DNA from: Trichinella spiralis
Lineage: Eukaryota
Length of the DNA stretch: 64,000 bases
NCBI RefSeq assembly: GCF_000181795.1
Contig: NW_003526948.1
Span: 2,476,331-2,540,330 of the forward strand
Direction: 5' to 3'
A program made the position numbers and the translations under genes. This document shows positions 15,101-31,100 of this stretch, one piece after another (positions within the stretch are counted from its first letter, which is position 1; the number at the start of each line of letters is the position of its first letter). The notes under the pieces were generated by a model. That model saw nothing but the letters and a program-made list of their open reading frames with translations. It was not told the origin of the DNA and did no database searches.

Positions 15101-16404
15101 TTGTACATACACGAATCATATCACATGATACAAAATTGCTCATCGCATAGCAATTGATTATGATCAATTTGAAAAATATTCAGAGTCATTTTAATTTAAG
15201 ACAATAAATTTAAAAAAGATATCAAACATTTCATATTCCTATTTAATTTTCTGAATTTTATTCATAAAATATTTCCCTAAGGTTCACTACACTTGCACTG
15301 ACATCAGATCTTACATTTTGTTAACATATTTCACATACACATTGAAATATTTGCAAATAAATTAAAAAAAGAGCAATTGCAAAATGTATAAATATGGCCA
15401 TTAATTTTAAGACACAAACCATTTTAATATATAAATATATACATATATGCGTATGCTTTTAATTCTTACGGGGTGACATTTTGATTAATTTTGATTTATG
15501 ATATGCACTGACATTTGGATATAACAAATATAATGAAGTATCCAATAAACACAGCAGTGATAAATTAAAGCGTAATTGCTACTGCTTTTCTTTTTTATTT
15601 TATGACGTTTCTTTTGAAATATTATTAGTGGCAGTTTTACAAATATTACAATACAACAACTCTAACAAATATTATACACATTTTCTCTTAGCATACATGA
15701 ATTGAGTAATTTATTATGGACTTTGAATAAAACTTTTACCAACATAAATATAGATGGTTCACATTATTTTTATACAATAAGCAGTGTTATTTTTAACAGT
15801 ATTATTGATGGAATTTTTTTGAACATTTGCAATTTTCAAAAGCATACTCAAAAATTGAATAAAATTATAAATTATAAATAAATATACATATATGTATATA
15901 TAAGAAATTAGCAACATTTATATTAAATAAGTGCAAAAAGGTCACTCTAAATTATGAAAATATTTTAAAGGTCTTTATTTGTAAAAATGAAAAATCAAAA
16001 ACTTTTTGCATAAAATGAACGCTAAAACAATATGCTGCATATATATATAGATACAATAGCAAAAATAGATATTAAAACTCGACTTCATGTTCGTCAGTAA
16101 TTTTTAATTAAATAGAAATTTAATTAAAGAAATTGATTTCTACATTTAAATTTTTAGCTTTCGTATCTGATTTAATTAATTAATTAATACAGCAGTAGAT
16201 AAATCACTGTTACACTCATTATTACAACACTATAATGCCAGTGGAAATAAATATGCAAAACAAAACAAAAAAGATAAGCAGAACAATTATTGTTTATTAC
16301 TAGGAAATGCTGAATGCATATAAAACATTACATTCAGTAATATAACTATAATAATTCGCTTTTAATAGTAAACTTTTTTTAAAAAATATGCATAAAAGTA
16401 ATAA

Positions 16405-16443
16405 TACACTACACTACACTACACTACACTACACTACACTACA
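16405..16443. repeat. Pentanucleotide microsatellite (TACAC)n
   Basis: About 7.5 perfect copies. Confidence 0.95.
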
Positions 16444-17788
16444 GTCTTAAAATGTTTTCTCAGCTGCTATTTAGATGAAGAAGAAGTTTTTTTCAAAGGA
16501 ATAAAAAGTTTAAATTAATTCAAACCAGATTTTTAGAAATTTTTATCCAATTACACTGATGTTACAAATTTGCAATTAGCAAAATGTATACGATGATCAA
16601 TTCAGTTAATTTTCATTTTCAAAAAGTCACGAAACATATGGAATATGAATTTGAAATAGTAATAATAATGAATAGCAAGTAAGCAGTAGCAGATTCTGAA
16701 CGATAAAATTCAGCTGCCAAAAAAAAGACCCTTTATTATTACTTCACAAATTTAAGAGTAAAATAGTGAAAAAGTAAGAAAAAGCGCAATAACTGTTTTT
16801 GCAAAGATATGCTAATCAATAAATAATAAAATGCTTTATGATGAAGCAAAAATAAATTTTCTATTCAGTAATAAGCATCACTTGTCTGAAACATTATTGA
16901 ATTGGGTTGGAAAATGTTCAGTTGATAAAAGAAGGTGAAAACTGAGTCTTGGATAATCAATTCATAATGAAGTCATCAAAATTAGCTTAAGAGAAACTAT
17001 TCAATATTTGGTCATTTTACAATTTTCCTCTTTTAAAAAGAGTAATTTTTATTTGAATTGCTTCATATGTTTCAAGAAAATTAAAGTACATGAATAAGAA
17101 TATTTGTCCACGAATATTACCACTTTGTGAAAACAAATCACCAAAAGCACTTCTCCTAGATCGCACAATTGTGATTCTATTTGAATATGCAGCAGTTTCT
17201 TAAATGAGTGCAATTACAGTAGTCAATAAATTTTAGCTCCAATGAAACACTAGTTTGAAACATAGTTGTATAGAAATGTAAAATTGATATAACTGATAAA
17301 TAAACATGAATGGAAAATTAATAACAACATTAATAATAAGCAACAATATTCACAACTGAAATGACTAAAGCAATAAGACAATAGTGTTGCATTTTGGCTA
17401 ATAAAATAAATATTTGCATTTGCAGAAATGGAATCGTTTCGCTAGATTGAATAACCCAAAAAGGAAAAACAAATTCATACCAAAGCATTGCATTGAAATC
17501 AATCTTCAAGAATGGGAAAATATTGCTTTAAGAAAGAAGGAAAAATGCAAATTTATTCATTCCTTTGCTTTTAAAATTAAAAAACAGAAATAAAACAGTT
17601 TAAAAAACATAATAAACAAATCAAGCATTTGTAAAAATGAACATATTATAAAATGAATTATTTTTATAAATTCACTTTATATATTTCCCGTACAAAGTAC
17701 TAGCCCAAGCTATGTGTTTGCTTAATGGAGTGATGATGTTCAAGTTTCCTTACAAAAAGTAACAATGTAAAAATGGACGAGTAGTTAA

Positions 17789-17813
17789 TTAGTTAGTTAG
17801 TTAGTTAGTTAGT
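17789..17813. repeat. (TTAG)n microsatellite
   Basis: Directly visible. Confidence 0.9.
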
Positions 17814-20422
17814 CAGTTGGATGAAAGAAATGTGTAGCAATTACGCTTGCAGATAAAAATATTTTCATAACACGGTTAGTATTCATAATCAATGCATCAA
17901 TGAAAAAAAGTAAAAATCAATGAAACAAACAATAATACACTTTTAAGATGATTTTATACTGCCAACAAAATAATGTCTTGTTGAAGTGTCATCTTGAGGT
18001 GAATGAAAAGTTTCAAATTTGCATCTACATTTATTTATGCTAGAAATGATTTCAGCAATAACAATATTTTCTTTTGAAAATGATTGTGGAGGATCAGAAG
18101 AAGAGTTTGTAAAAATTGTCTCTTCAAATAATCCAAATCAACCGCTATTTTCTCCCAAATTTACATATAATCAATAATATATTTTGTCATTGATGAAGAA
18201 CATGTGTCAGATCAAGAATCAAGAGAAAATCTTTCCCGATTTTAAACTGCACCATAATTACCGTTTTGTTTTCACAGACCAATAAAAGATGCAATTCATA
18301 AATTATTTGCCGTTTCTCAATTAGTCAATCACTTAACAACTTTAAATCAATTTAGCAGTAAAGAGTCGTAACTAAAAAAACTGCATCAGCGGCAGCAGCA
18401 GAAATTTTGAAAACTGAGTTTGTAAAACTTTTTCTCATAAAAGCTCGTTTCTTTCGAGCTAATGTTTGAAATGAGCACTGCTATCAGCATGTCGATACAT
18501 ACAACACTACAGTATCTATCCTTATAGTATGAAATACAATTAATGTAAAAAACATGTTTTGCTAGCCATAGACAACGTTTTTTACAGATATTTTGATTAA
18601 AGTAATAAAACTTTGAATTCAATTGCCGCCATGCTGCTTTTATAATAGTTGCTTATCATTTATGGAAGTTTCGAAATTTTCAAAGAAACATCCTAACTAC
18701 AACTGAAGCAAAGTCCTGTTATAATAGCATACTGTGGAAAAAAAATTAACCGACTACCAACACACTAATTAGTGAATACTCATAAAATATAAAAAAAATT
18801 GCATTTAAAATAAAAAAGTACTTACACTTTTATGAGTAGTTGATACGCAACGTAGTTGTTGAAGATTGTTAATAAAGGCTCGGCTTTGTCTTCGCGTCGA
18901 AAATCAGAAGATACTTAAAAAAGAATTCATTTACAGCATTCTACTGAAGTTGTGAAGCAAAATGTAAAAAGCATACAGTACAAATGTGCATTTCGTTTAA
19001 AAGTAGAATCAATTCATGCTGTTCAAATGTATTTTATTTAAAAATGAAAAGTAAATATGACATGAAAACCATCCACATGTGGATCTTTACATAACAAATG
19101 TGCAAATTAAGCGGTGTAGTCTATTTATAAAGTTTTTATCACAGTCCATCAATCCTACAATGAATACGGATATCCATCCACTTCAGCAGTTTATTAAAGC
19201 AGTCCATTTGAAATGGTAAAAATCAAAATGATTAAAAATTAGTAACAGTTATGAAACAATTTTGTTCATAAAAGTGTAAACAATGCTCGACAATTCAACC
19301 GACAAAAATGTATATCATCAATTAAATAATAGAAAGAAAGAACAATGATAAAAAAAGAACAAATCCAACAGCTTAGAAGTTCATTTATTTCATAATATTA
19401 TATTATAATTGATGAAAATTTTCCTTTTTTTAAGTCAATAGTATATATATGGTATAATAGAAATGTTCGTTTGGATTGGATTGCAGATAAAAAAAATTCT
19501 CTTCTCAAAATTGAATTTAAATTTTCTATTTATAAAATATGGACAATTTACCTGATGATAAAAGAAGATGATAAAACCAATTTTCCCCTTAATACAGTAT
19601 ACCTGTAGTAAGAGTAAAAAATAACAGTGGTGGAAGAAGATTTACAAGTGGAAGAGAAAAATGAAGTTTTTCAAACTTTCTGGCATCCCAAAAAGTGTGT
19701 GTGTGTATGTGAGTGGGGGGTAGAGAGAGTTTCAAAAGTGAAGAAACAGCCAGATATTCAAGTAATGTCAATTCATTAATTTGTAATAAAATTAAGCAAC
19801 CATGATAGTATTATTATTATTATAGTTGATTTGAAATATCAATCAGTTGGTTTTTGTTTTTTAAAGCACGCCTATTGGGCAAGTTGTGCACGAAGTTGGA
19901 GGAGCGGCAGGCAGATGTGGTGAAAAATAGACCGGCCGGCCGCTTTCAGTTGACCATGTCTTGCACAGCTGCTTCTTAAACAGTGAGCAAGATATATTCA
20001 TTTCAGAAAATTAAATCGACAACTTGATGACTTTTCGAGCTTTAATGACAGCTGGTATTGAAGCTGCTGGAAATGGTTTTTTAAGCATAAAATAAAGCGA
20101 ATTATTGCTTTTCGAAAATTTGTTGTCTTTTTGTTTGTTGAAAACATTTGCCAATAAGTTGTTCTGCATTCCTATCAGTTTTGCAATGGTTTTTTCCAAG
20201 CCCACTTGGTTGAAAAAACAAATAAATAAAATCTAGACAATGATAAATAGCAACGTGCAGCAAAAAAAATACAAGCAACTTTGAGCGTGTTATATATAAT
20301 TCATTTGTCTGGGTGTGAAGTTGTTGAAAATTGCAAAATACGCGCAATAAATAAATACATGCATAAATACTACAACATATATGCTTATGTGCTTGGTTTT
20401 ATTTCATATTATTTTCTTTTTT

Positions 20423-20453
<31 letters not shown>

Positions 20454-23400
20454 TACTACTTCTTAGCTTCATTATTTATTTCACCACTTCAAACAGTACA
20501 TTTTTAATCTTTGCCACTATGTGTGCTTATCGGTAATCTTAAAACTGTTGGTAATCAAGTTGCGTTTGGAGGAAAATAAAGATGCCGAGAACTAACGACT
20601 TATTCAGCAGGGAAATGCTAGCCGATTAATCGATTACAGCCAGAAATTAAGAGATGCGTTCCTAGACAGACAAGGCGCTGCTCGATCATGCAAGCCAGTT
20701 AAGCTTCGCAAAACATTAATTATGCTTAAATATGCCATTTTGGAATGCCTTTTATATTATAGGTTGGCAATATTTTTGCATTGATTGTTCAAAGAAATAA
20801 AAACACTTGCACATATCATCATCACTGATCAATATGAATAATATGATCACACACACGCACACAAAACAAGCATGAAAGTAAAAGTTTAAAAAAATTCAAC
20901 ATATTTTAGTGGATTTTTTTTCTTTTTTCCTCTTTCTATACATAAAATTCACCATGTACCATAAAGAAAAAGTTACCACGTAAAAATATCTGACACGATC
21001 AAAAAGCAATTGCTAAACAGTTAGCGTATATTTGCAATATACAAACTGAACACAGAATGGAATATTTCGTAAAAAAAAACAAAGCACCTTTTCTTACTCT
21101 GTTGCTTACTTACACTGACGTTGCTCCAAAACTAACAATTCGCACTACTTATGTTACTTTATTTTTGTTTTCTCTTGAAATTATTATTATCACATCATAA
21201 TGAAATATTTTATCAGCATCGATTGTATTTATTAATTTTGTAAAAAAGAAAGGGAATGGAAAAATTTGCAAACAATTTGCTATCAGAGACAGTTTATGAT
21301 GGCAAACATGGAAATTGTAAAATGCAATGGAAAATGTTTCTTCCGATCAGAATCAATTTGCATCAAAAATGAAATAGACCATTTCGAATGTGGAATATTA
21401 ACAGATAAATATGAAGAAGAAAATTTTTTCATTGCATTTAGAATCTTTCTTTTTTGAAAATTTAGAATGAGAAAAAAAATCGATTATATTATATATAAAT
21501 ATTGAACTATAATTATTGGAGTGAAATATTATTGTAAAATGGAACAATTCCCTTCCAGGTAAAGCACAATTATCCACTGAGTAGTGCTGCGATAAATCAT
21601 ATTTAAACATCGCGAAAGTGATCACACAATATAGATATCAAAATTAGCATATTATGCATAACGGTAACGATGTTATTTTGTCTCGTCTGAAAGAATTAAT
21701 TCTCTTTGCAATCACAACTTTCCCATCGTGAACATTGGAAATTATTTTTCATCGATAAATACAATTTGAATAAATTGTTCGCTTCTTTTTTTAATATATG
21801 AAATTAAAAATTATTCGGAAAAGTTTGATTATTGGAAATTTAAATTATTACCTTCCAAATAAACAACATTCTTATTGAAATAGCAATTTGAAAAAAAAAC
21901 AGAATCAGAAATTTCACATATAGCTGCTGCAAAGTGGCGTGGTTGTTCAATTTTGTAATTTTGAAAATATTATTGAATTTATATTTCCAAAAACTCAGTC
22001 AGAAGAAGTTAATCTTGAAGTTCAGTTCAGAGGCTGATTTTTCTGAAATGTAATTTCGCTTTATGTTGGCATTTTCGATTTTTCAAATGGTATTCGAAAA
22101 ATTATCATTATGAAAAGATATTTCAGTTTCGGACAAATTGTGCAAAGGCCAATAGGAGCCATTAGCAATTTGCACAATCAATCAAAGGTAAAAAGCCCCG
22201 TTTGAAGTTGAAAAATGACTCCATCTATTTAATTCATGATTAAAGAGCAGACCACATTTTTACATGGAATACAAACGCTAGTAACATTTATTTTTGTGCA
22301 TCTACGTTAAACTGGTGGTCAAAACGCTTGTTGTAGTAATGTTTTGATGCCATTGTCGGCTGTTAATAATAATGATTGGAAAAAATCGATCTGGATAACT
22401 GCTTTGCCAAACAAGGACAAGCGGCAGCAGATGGTGATGTGATGTCTTGATTAGAAACATGGAAAACATTTTGAAAAAATCGGCAATATAATTCTTAAGC
22501 TAAGAAAGGAAAATATCCATTTCCGTGTTTATTGCACGGTCAGACAAGCAAAAGCACACTATTGGACAAAGAAGAAAATTAATTGCGCTTCATTCATCAT
22601 TAAATCTAACACTCATAAACGGAACAGTGTTAAAACAATTAATAAATAATTGTCAATAACATCGATTATCTTTATTATTATTATTATTATTGAGATGAGA
22701 ATATTTTTTTTACATATATAATTTTCATTTTGAACTTTTCCATTTTAAGCACAAATATCAATTGATAATTGAAAAATTATTCACATGCAATTAAAAATTT
22801 CGAGTAAATGTACAAATTTTTATTTCATTTATATCCTTTGAGTTGATGAATCAGATTTCAGCAGACGCTTTAAAGAATATTCGAATCGTGCACTTATCAA
22901 AGCAATCAAATGGTGCGCAAATTAGCCGATTTTCTATCTAATCAGTAGACTAATATTGAAGATTAGAGATTGAAGACAACAATTAGCATACTAATTTGCA
23001 TAACGAAACGAGAAACACAACCTGCTGTGATGGAATGAATAGAAATAAATGGACAAATTTTTTCCCAATAAACAAATGCATACACACGCATGTATATATA
23101 TCTATATATGTATAAAGGATTAGCACGCTCTATGCAATGTTGGGAAATGTAAAATGATAGTTTTCATCAAACTGGAACTTGAAAAAAATATTCATAATAA
23201 TTATCTGTTTCTCATAAATATTATTTAGCAATTTTTTCTAATGAAAATGTATCATCTTATAAAAGTTACATCTAATAGATCTGTGCTCGTAAACGAAATG
23301 CAAAAATATTCTTCATAACATGTTGCTTTGATCGGTTGAAAATTGGATAAGAGAAAACAAACAAATCCGCAGTCTTAATTCAATAAACACAAATACGCTT

Positions 23401-26400
23401 TGTTATATTAATTTACAATCTCCATTAGAATTGAAGAATTAGCGCTTCACTATTCCAATGCCGGTCGGTCACTTCAGTGCGTAAAGTAAAGTAATACTGC
23501 TCATTGGTTGTTCATTATTGAACTGCTTGTAGTTGAAGCAAATTATCCGAAAATTATGAAAAATCAAAGTATCCAAGTGAAACCCAATTTATCACTAATG
23601 AATGAAAAATTTTTAAATTCAATAAAAAAGAATAATACCAAACCATATTTAAATCATAAAATATACCAATTTTAGCGTTTAAAATGATAATAACCATGAA
23701 AAAAATGAAATTGAAAAACTAAATGAAAAAAAACGACAAAGAAACAGTTGAACAGAAGCAATGTATATTATTACATGTGCAAAGTTGACCAATTTGTCCA
23801 CGTATATACTGCATGTATGCTATAAATTCCCATATGATCATTATTTGTACTAATATTAATGGACAAATTGTACTAACAACTGTTCAATGAATTTCTGCAA
23901 CTGAAAGCATGCACAGCTTTACAAATTATATATTTATTGACAACTAATATAAGTGGATAGATACAGTTTTGACAAGTAATTATAATAATCAAACATTAAT
24001 CTGCATGTGCGAAATGTGTATATATTAATTATAATTGCACATATGTAAGTATGCATTTGTATTTCCAAAAGAAAAGTATTGCTCAATTGAAGTCTTTTTT
24101 TTCAAATTTCACTTCAGTAATTATACTTTTATCACCAAATACGAATAAATAATGGAATTGAAATTCAATAAGATAAACAACAAAGCATCTGAAGAAGAAG
24201 AAGAAGAAGATAAAGCAATTCATAAATTCAATGTTTGAAGTTTCTGAACTGAATATCTCTGCAAATTCACCTCTGAATCTATATAGCACCCATTTCAAGT
24301 TTGCAATTATTTCAACAAATGCAAATGAAGAAAAATGAATAAATTTGTGCAATTTGTTAAAATCGACGTTGGAAAAAAAACTGACATGTTCAGTGTTTGA
24401 AGTGGTTGAAACTTTTGAAACTATCGACAGAGATCATCTTTATCAATAAAAAGAAAACAAAAAAAAACAGAAGATGCAATATTGATTTGATCAATGGCTT
24501 CAATTAATCAGTCAGTTTGTAATTTTTAAATATTTTTCTATTTGAAAATGCATTTGCAAAATTGTTGATCTTGACCATCAAATTATACCAACATACAAGA
24601 TAGGCTAAATTGGTTATTTTTTGAAGTAAATAAATGGAAATTTAAAAAAGAAAAAGAAATCTAATAAAACAACAACACCGAATTATTCGTTAAATTTCAT
24701 GTTTCAATGATAATTTCTGTATTATTCGTGCAGTTGTACAATAGGAATAGAATGCAAAATAAAATCAGTTGTTCTTTCATGTCATACAGATGAAGAGATC
24801 AAAGAAAAACGGTTCATTCAATTCAATTCAATTCAATTATCCTAGCACATTGATAATTGTACTGTTCATACAGTGTAATTACATGTAAAAAACATTTTTT
24901 TAATAATAATAATAATAATCAGGAATTAAATCAAAAAGCATAATCGTTACATAGGAATATATTTAATAAAACAGTGGCTTATTTTGCGACAAGATGATCA
25001 AGACAAGAGACAGAAAATCAATCAAAAAATAAATTGCCCCTCATTTTTCTGGACCCTGATTACAATGGAAGTGTTGATATTGAACAATTTTGAAATCACC
25101 TGCCATATAGTGTTAGTAAAACTTAGATGGAACAAGTGAACATTTCTTTTCATCACCAATTACACTAACACACTAATGCAATTCGATTTAATATTCATAA
25201 TCATAATTAATATTTCATATTTTCATATATTAAAGCGTCCTGGCCTGCAGGCAAATACCAATAATTGTAACTTTATATGTTCAGGAAAATATATTTTAAA
25301 TTTGTTTGTTAAAATAAATAAAGTCGAATGATAGAATTCATTCAATATTCACGGAGAGGATTTGTGTTGAAGAAAAGTTTCCAAGAGGTGTGGCAATTGA
25401 AACTCACAAACTGTGCACTGATTTTCGATAGCTTCAACAGTCCCTGTAAAGTGAAGTAGTACTTCGATGTATGAAGAAAATGTACAATCATTTATTGTTC
25501 TTCAAGAATGATTTCAGTCTCTCCTTATGTAAATAATACTACTGCTACTACTACTACTACTAATAATAATAATATATGTGTAACAAATTGAAACATCACA
25601 AGCTGTACTGGCGGCATATCATTTTACCTGCTCACATTAGCAATATCATTTAATTATGTCAAAATTATTGATGAAAAAAGAAACAGAAAAAAGAAAAGAA
25701 AAGACAAGAAAAAAATTTCATTTATTATCACAATGAACATTTGAAAAATGTTCAAATGTTGCAGAATATTGAAGCTTTAGAAAATTCAAAAAACAAACCA
25801 ACATTACAACACAACTAGTATAACAATTAAAATTCCAAGTTTTTCAATGAAATTTGTTAGCAGAAAAAAATATGATGAAAACAAATAGAAAAACAAAAAA
25901 CCTTCGGTTTCAAACATTTCCTTCTGGTAAAAAAATTTTTTTAAACTTAATTAGAATACTTTTGCTTGATCAATTTTTGCTGATTCTTCGAATATGAGCC
26001 GCCAATATTAGCGACAATCATAATACAATATACAAGAAGCGAGCGTGGAACAAGAAGCAATTGCACGTTACGGTTGGCAATTTCAAAAAATGGAAGATAA
26101 TCATAGTTGAATAATTAAGTTTCATAGAAACACTATCGATTCACTTGTAACTTCAATTAAGATGCTCAAAACATTCTTAATTGAATTACAACGCGCAAGG
26201 GTGGAGAAAAATTCTATTCCAAAAATGTACACGAAAAATCACTGTCTTTGTTTTCCAAAAAATAAATTAATAATTGCATATCATTTCATTTGTTATCGAA
26301 GCAATCTAAAAATCCTATGAATGCTCTGTTTTTCTTTATGCAACTGCTTCCAATCTCATTAACTTTACATATTTTAATTATTGGTCTCATTTATAAATAA

Positions 26401-28143
26401 GAGAAACGCATTTTACTGACAACAACAATAAGAAACAAAAAAAAATGCATCACTTCATAAATTGATAAGTTTTAAAAGTAAAAATAACAAAAGCTGAAAC
26501 AAATTCTCCCATTAAAAATAGCGATTATTGAATTATTGAACAAAAAATCACTTATCACTACTGGAGAATAAAATTGCATAAATTTTTTTTGTTAATAATA
26601 TTACCGAAAGATATTTATTTTTGTTGAATTAACATTTTGTGTTCTTGGTTTTGTTGGAAAATTTCCCAAACATTTCAATCACACACGTGATAAACAGAGG
26701 CAATTTCGTAAAGAATATATTGCTTTCGAGATCTGTTTAAATAATGCAAATAAACTGCACCTGCACCAAGAATTTCACGTCTTCATTAATAAATATCTAT
26801 TAATATTCAATTATTTCAAAGAAGACAATAATTATTACTCGAAATGAAGAATAGATTAGAATAATTTTTTGTTGGTTTGTATTTTAATTACTCTGTTGAC
26901 GAGTGACAAAAAAAATCAGGATGAATTGTACAAAATATACATTAATTTTAAATTGTAAAAAAGAAAAAAGAAATGATGAAATTATGATCAGATATTATCA
27001 TAAATAACTTATTGATTGAATGAATGGATAAAGAAAAAGAAGAAAAACAGTGGAAAAAATGGTTTCTTTCACAATGGAACCAGTGCCTGTATGGAAAAGA
27101 ATTCAATAAGCAAGCATGTGTTATTATTATTATTATTGTTGTTGGTGTTGTTGAAATACAGAAAAGAAGGAAGAAAAAACAAGCAAAACTGCTGCATGAT
27201 ATGAAGATGTATATTAAAATGGAAAAATAATTTTGTAAAATTTGCAAACGATGCTAGCCAAACCGCTGACTTGTACCAAAACAACAGCCAAAACAGGGAT
27301 GCCAAAATCTTTCCGATCATTTAGAGCTAATTACTTAAATGCAAGTGTAATTAAAAGCCCACATCAATGTTCAACATGCACAAGAGTGGATCGATTTTTA
27401 TCAAGGATTATTGAAATGTACATTCCATTAGGTATTCAAGATTGATATTTAAACATTGCGTGCCGAAATATTTCTTTCCCCTCATCATATGCACAAATTC
27501 TCACCTGAGCAGTATCGCGCCTTGACAAAAAAAAAACCTCACCACTTTTTACCAATGGTAAGGTTCATTATATATATCCAATGATTTTTCTAAATTTCTT
27601 TTCTTTTTCAAAACTATCTATTCAAACAGGAGAATTGACGATAGATTTCATGTAAATAAATAAATAAATATCTATATATATACATATATAGATATAGATA
27701 TTTGACAACAATGCAGTCAATGATGGATAATTATGATCAGAATGATGATTGAAAATTAGAAAATAGAAAATTGAGTTGTTCAAATAAAGTTCAGAATGCA
27801 CAAAAACAACGAAATCAATCAATCAATCAATCTGTGTATAGCTAATATGAAATGTTTTATATTTGGATAAAATGTTTTCACATATCAATTCCTAAAATAA
27901 ATTTCCACAAATAAACTGAAATAAGTCCTGGTTGGAAAAACTGTGTGAAAAAGTTTTTCTTTACCACTGACTGTCATGTGAATTTGCTTGTTCAAGCTCA
28001 CTATTTGTATTTTTTATTGCTATTATCAGATTTTATTATTTTATTATCAAAAATGAAGTTGCATTGAAAATTGAAATGCAAATTAAATGTTCACATTTTG
28101 AAAAAGAATAAAGAAATATTTTTATATAATAATAATAATGATG

Positions 28144-28175
<32 letters not shown>

Positions 28176-31100
28176 TCTAAGAATATCATTCAACTGTTCA
28201 ACCGTGGAAAATTTGCATGGATATGCGCTTAAGCCGTAAGAAACTGAATTCGATAATTTTCAATAATATGAAATTGCGATAAACGAAACAAATGCACCAT
28301 GTAGTTATGATAAAATCAACTCACTTATTAGTATTATTATTGTACCAAAACGATTACAACGTTCCAATTGAAGAATTGCTGTTGCTGTTGTTCATCATAC
28401 ATGCAAAGATAGCTGATTTTTTTTCAAAAAAAATAAAAAAATAAAAAATTTAAATAAATATATAATAAAATGGGGAAATTCTGAATACAAAAAAACAGTA
28501 GAAGAATGTGGATGAGTGAAGTTTGGAGGCTGTCATGAAATTGCACTGCCTTATCGTGTGTGTGTGTGTGTGTGTCCCAACGTGTTGAGGGGAGAGGGAA
28601 AATAATTTGTCACCACAGCAACATCTGCAACTGGTAAGTGTAATATTTAATTAAATTAAAATGTTAATTAAGCACTGAGCTGCCGCTCGTCGTTGAGTAA
28701 TTTCACTGCAGCTGGAATCGATAAATAGTTTGGCGATTTCTGTGCTGAAGGAGCAGTAAAAAAAAAGAAGAAAAGAAAGCAAGAAACGAAGCCCTTGTTC
28801 GTGTGATCCCATATTTCAATTTTAACCTAGCGAAACTTTTCAACTGTTGCTTATTTCCGCATTGTTTTCTCAATTCTCAGAATTCTATTTACCCAGAGAA
28901 AAAAAAATAATTTCAAAAAATATCTGCAAATATGAAGAAGGAAAATTACTATGAATACAACACAAGTCTAATGTATACCACCTATTTGAAAAACATTAAA
29001 TACAAATAACAGGCCAGCCAAATTTATGCCCAACTTTTTAGACAAATTTATCACATTCAATTTTTGGAATAGCAGACATTTTAATTTTTTCATAATATCA
29101 AAAAGAAAACAATAAAATTTGAATTGCCAACGTACAGAGATGTTCCACTGTTGATGCTTACTGCCTGTCCACAGTTGAAATCAAAAATCTAAATACAATT
29201 TTAAATTGTTTTTATAATTCAATAAATAAATAAATAACACCCATCAAAAAGCAAACAAAATATTTTTTTTCGAAAAAAAGTTGCTTCTCTTTTCTCTTCT
29301 GAAGTGCAATCTTTGTTAACAATTTAAATATTTTGCAGTAAGAAAAGAATGAACAGAGAGAAAAAAAAAGAAAAATTTGATTTAAATTTTCAAATACTTC
29401 AAAAATGGAAATAAATATTGAAAATTGTTTTTTTTAATTGTTCAATTCTGAGCACAGGAAACTACGTTTGCAATAAATTGAAAAATAAAACTAATTATTA
29501 AAAAGAAAAAAAATGAAATAAAAAATTTGAAACGTCTCACTAAAATTAAATTAAATTAAATTAAATCAAATCAGAGCAAAAGCAAAAAAAACCAATAGAA
29601 TAAATAATATTGTGAACTTGACTTTACAAAAAGTAATTATTCAACTTATTTCCGTTCATTTATCTGCTGCACACGGAGGAAAAAATATAATTTGAAAGTT
29701 AATTTCATAAATGATAAATGAAAAAGCAAAAAAAATAGCTTTGAAATTCTCTTCAAAAATAACAACAACTACATATTAGAAATTCAAGATTATTTTGAAA
29801 ATTACAAAAATTCTCGTCACAGTCAGTTCGAAATGTTCTGAAACATAAGCTTCAAATCAACACCAAAACTGTATATCACATAGTGAAGGATATTATTAAA
29901 TAGACACCTCTCAATTTGCATCATACAAAAAAAATTGGTAAAAGAAAAAAAAATCCCAAAATTAAATCACTACACAAAATGGATATTTTGAATTTTCACA
30001 CAACGCATACCAATGCATGCATGTGTGTACAATTTTAGAATGGGGGGAAGAAGATGAAAATCTTGCAGAAAGTAAATAAATAATTTTCATTTTCATTATT
30101 TTAAAACATTCAAACGGTTTCTCGTTTAAATTGAAATTCTTTCTCAATTTATGCTTCAATTATGTTTAATCGAATTTTTATCATGACAAAATACTATTCC
30201 TAGCCCATCTCTATTCGGCGTAAATGAAGAATCTGCTCCACTATTGACAATTTATTACATTATATTATAATTTTTGCATTTTATAATACAACAACAAGCG
30301 ACAGTACATGGAAGACGTGGAAAAACAAACATCAAGTGCAACTAACAACAGAGCTAGCAAATAACTCCATTTCGACAATAACTTGTTGAAAAGAGGAGAA
30401 ATAATTTTGCACTTGGCAAATTTTGAAGCTCTACAGCCAAGAAGCTTAATGCAATTTTCAAATGTAATTAGCAGTGTAGACATTTTGACTAGCCCCGAGG
30501 CTTTTTGGTGGCAACCAAAATCAATAATGCAACCAACACAATCATTTAGTTCATTTACATTATCTTCAAAAGGCTCTTAAATAAAGTGATACAGTGAAGA
30601 AAAGCAGAAATTTTACTCAACTGAACGGAGGGATATTTTTTCTGCAATCAACATCCACCTCTATCTGTTTAATAGCGGAACCATAACAAGAGTGATTGGA
30701 AAATATCTGTACGTTTACAATAATACAAACTTATCAATCAAAAGTTTTACAAAATTCAAACCGCAATCTATTAATTAATTAATTAATTAATTAAGTAGAT
30801 GCTTTGCATTTTTGTTAAAACAATTTTGTACAATTGCAATTGTACAGTCTGTTATGCGTGAACTGATATTCAAGAATCAATATTGCATTCTGAGATATAC
30901 ATTTGCATAAATTATTACGTATGATTTCGTAATTTCTAATTTCTAATGGAAATTCAGTAATCGAACTTTTGGATTGCTAATTAATAATTTGATATGAAAA
31001 TTGTTGTCATACAACGAACAAAATAATCCGCTTTCAAGATGACTGACCTTAGCTGTTGTCATGTGGAAAAATGTGGTCGAAAAAATAGAATCCTTAAAGC

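Noticed and set aside
18040..18290. Nearly open acidic plus-strand frame (possible transposase relic)
   Set aside because: Interrupted by stops, with no catalytic motif or terminal repeats recognised.
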